DNA from: Desulfonatronovibrionaceae bacterium
GTDB taxonomy: Bacteria; Desulfobacterota; Desulfovibrionia; Desulfovibrionales; Desulfonatronovibrionaceae
Assembly (NCBI GenBank): GCA_046539845.1
Contig: JBKHGE010000004.1
Coordinates: 62,001 to 100,505 of the forward strand
Direction: 5' to 3'
DNA length: 38,505 nucleotides
This document shows positions 36,466 through 38,505 of the stretch, one piece after another. The notes beneath the pieces were generated by a model. That model was not told where the DNA came from. It did not search any database and worked only from the letters and a program-made list of their open reading frames with translations. Made by a program: the position numbers and the translations under genes. Position 1 is the first letter of the stretch, and every line of letters begins with the position of its first letter.

Positions 36466-38392
36466 AGCTCATTCCTCCATTTTTGAACGGCTCCTGGCCA
36501 TCCTGTACTATCATTTCGGCAACCTCCTGCGGTGTCTTCATGCCCAAATTTTTCCCATTTCGCAAGCGTACATTCAGAGCGGACTCTTCAACCTCTTTGC
36601 CTCCGACCACCAGGATATAGGGGACCTTTTCCAGCTGGGCCTCGCGGACCTTGTATCCCAGCTTTTCGTTGCGCAGATCGAGCTCACAGCGAATGCCTTC
36701 CGCCCGGAGTTTCTCATGGCATTTGGCGGCGAATTCAGCCTGACTGTCCGTGATGTTCAGTATCCTGGCCTGGACCGGGGCCAGCCAAGTGGGCAAAGCG
36801 CCGGCGAAATGCTCGATAACCACGCCCAGGAAACGCTCAATCGCCCCGAGCATGGCCCGGTGGAGCATGACCGGTCGGTGCTTTTCCCCATCTTCGCCAA
36901 TATAGCTCAAATCGAAGCGCTCCGGCAGGGTAAAATCGCATTGAATAGTGGTGCACTGCCAGCTGCGACCCAGAGCGTCTTTCAGCTTTATATCAATCTT
37001 CGGGCCATAAAACGCTCCATCCCCGGAATTGACCACAAAATCCAGCTCCTGGCTCTCCAAGGCCGCGGTCAAAGCAGCGGTAGCCCGGTCCCAAGCCTCG
37101 TCCGAGCCTATGGATTTCTCCGGCCGGGTAGAGATCTCTATCTCGTAGTCAAACCCGAAAACACCCAGGATGTCCTGGACAAAACGGATTATATCCACGA
37201 TCTCGGCCTGAAGCTGGTCCGGGCGGCACAAGATATGGGCATCATCCTGGGTGAACTGGCGTACGCGCAAAAGTCCGTGCAGGACCCCGGATTTCTCGTG
37301 CCTGTGCACCGTGCCCAGCTCAAAGTACCGAACTGGCAGGTCACGATAGCTGTGCATCCGGGACTTGTAAATGAGCATATGGGCCAGGCAATTCATGGGT
37401 TTTATCCCATAGGACTGCCCGTCTATCTCGGAAAAATACATATTTTCCCGGTAGTTGTCATAATGCCCGGATTTTTGCCACAATTCGCTGCGCAACAGAG
37501 TCGGTCCCTGGACCAGATCATACCCGCGCCTCAAGTGTTCCTTGCGGGCGAGATCCTCCAGGATGGTTCGGACCAGCGCCCCCTTGGGATGCCATAAAGG
37601 CATGCCCGGGCCAGCCTCGTCAGAGAAGCTGAATAGATCCAACTGTACCCCGAGCTTGCGGTGGTCCCGTTTTTTGGCCTCCTCCAGGAAATTTAAGTAT
37701 TTCTTGAGTTCCTTGTCCGAGGAGAAGGCGGTCCCGTAAATGCGCTGCAGCATGGGCCGGTTCTCGTCTCCGCGCCAGTAGGCCCCGGCCACTGAGGTCA
37801 ACTTAAAGGCCTTGATCATCCCGGTACGGGGCAGATGCGGCCCGCGACACAGATCCACGAAATCCCCGTGCCGATACAGAGAAACCGTGTCCCCGTCCAT
37901 CTCATCCAAGAGCTCGAGCTTGTAGTTCTCGTTTTTCTCCAGAAAGAGCCTTTTGGCCTCCTCCAGAGGGACCTCCTCGCGAGCAAAGGGAAGATCCGCC
38001 CCGATACTTCGGGCCATGCGGGCTTCTATCTCTTCCAGATCCTCCGGGGTGAATGAGCGCTCAAAATCGAAGTCGTAGTAGAATCCATTCTCCACGGCCG
38101 GGCCGATGGCCACCTTTGCGGAGGGGAAGAGGGACTTCACCGCCTCGGCCATGACATGGGCGGCGGAATGGCGCAAAACCTCCAGCCCCTCAGGCGAGGA
38201 CAGAAAGACCGGCTCTATGGTTGAACATTCGGCCGGGAACGGAACAAACAGATCATAAAGGCTGCCGCTGCAATAGGCTGCGGCCAGCTCCTTCATCTTT
38301 TTATTGGACAGGACCCGGCCCAGAGTGGACCCCAGGTCTGCACCCGCTTCCACCTCATGTTCGCCCTGCTGATCCAATACCTTGACCCGCAC
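36449..38392 (-). CDS. thrS: Threonyl-tRNA synthetase
   Basis: [55 protein letters not shown] start at 38392 after AAGGGG. Confidence 0.99.
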   Translation of the reverse strand: MRVKVLDQQGEHEVEAGADLGSTLGRVLSNKKMKELAAAYCSGSLYDLFVPFPAECSTIEPVFLSSPEGLEVLRHSAAHVMAEAVKSLFPSAKVAIGPAVENGFYYDFDFERSFTPEDLEEIEARMARSIGADLPFAREEVPLEEAKRLFLEKNENYKLELLDEMDGDTVSLYRHGDFVDLCRGPHLPRTGMIKAFKLTSVAGAYWRGDENRPMLQRIYGTAFSSDKELKKYLNFLEEAKKRDHRKLGVQLDLFSFSDEAGPGMPLWHPKGALVRTILEDLARKEHLRRGYDLVQGPTLLRSELWQKSGHYDNYRENMYFSEIDGQSYGIKPMNCLAHMLIYKSRMHSYRDLPVRYFELGTVHRHEKSGVLHGLLRVRQFTQDDAHILCRPDQLQAEIVDIIRFVQDILGVFGFDYEIEISTRPEKSIGSDEAWDRATAALTAALESQELDFVVNSGDGAFYGPKIDIKLKDALGRSWQCTTIQCDFTLPERFDLSYIGEDGEKHRPVMLHRAMLGAIERFLGVVIEHFAGALPTWLAPVQARILNITDSQAEFAAKCHEKLRAEGIRCELDLRNEKLGYKVREAQLEKVPYILVVGGKEVEESALNVRLRNGKNLGMKTPQEVAEMIVQDGQEPFKNGGMSYRYVY

Positions 38393-38418
38393 GTAGTATA
38401 ATCCCCTTAAAACAGATA

Positions 38419-38437
38419 AGGGAGGCAAAGCCTCCCT
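38419..38437 (-). terminator. Hairpin between tRNA-Val and thrS
   Basis: AGGGAGGC-TTT-GCCTCCCT followed by TATCTGTTTT (imperfect U tract). Confidence 0.5.
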
Positions 38438-38450
38438 GGTTTGCTTGCCG

Positions 38451-38505
38451 TGGTAGGCGCGAGGAGATTTGAACTCCTGACCCCTTGCGCGTCAAGCAAG
38501 TGCTC
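38451..38505 (-). tRNA. tRNA-Val(GAC), 3' part (truncated by the window edge)
   Basis: CTTGC-TTGACGC-GCAAG anticodon arm, AGGAGTTCAAATCTCCT T-arm, ACCA end. Confidence 0.93.

Noticed and set aside
36287..37597. 436-aa plus-strand ORF
   Set aside because: Antisense shadow of thrS/infC.
1..38505. CRISPR array, IS/transposase, integrase or att duplication at the tRNAs, in-frame TGA/selenocysteine recoding
   Set aside because: No regularly spaced repeats, no transposase/integrase ORFs, no duplicated tRNA 3' ends, and the redox enzymes appear full-length without read-through.

Overview
Core-genome window from a sulfate-reducing Desulfobacterota bacterium, most likely Desulfovibrionales. The qrcABCD cluster supports this, and the acidic proteins plus an Opu-type osmoprotectant transporter hint at a saline habitat. 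Almost all genes are on the minus strand. Left arm: tRNA-Thr/Tyr/Gly/Thr-tuf-rpmG-tRNA-Trp-secE-nusG-rplK-rplA-(L10 leader)-rplJ-rplL-rpoB(5' end). Middle: geranylgeranyl-reductase-family gene-pcm-yqaA-mrp; a CBS/DUF554 pair; an OpuC/OsmF-type ABC transporter; qrcABCD; a tightly packed aspC-pgi-histidine kinase-sigma54 regulator-helicase/exonuclease fusion-RdgC-like half-ModE-like string; and a divergent 4Fe-4S protein plus aldehyde:ferredoxin oxidoreductase. Right arm: tRNA-Val(partial)-thrS-infC(AUA start)-rpmI-rplT-pheS-pheT-merR. I saw no mobile element, prophage or CRISPR array. The best candidate for a poorly described system is a YprA/MrfA-type DUF1998 helicase fused to a DEDD exonuclease and followed 4 bp later by a stand-alone C-terminal half of an RdgC-like protein, a possible DNA-repair module. 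Other leads are a QrcB that retains a complete Fe-S motif and several unusually long, structured intergenic regions (infC-rpmI, pheS-pheT, opu leader). All family calls come from motif recognition by eye; no database searches were run.
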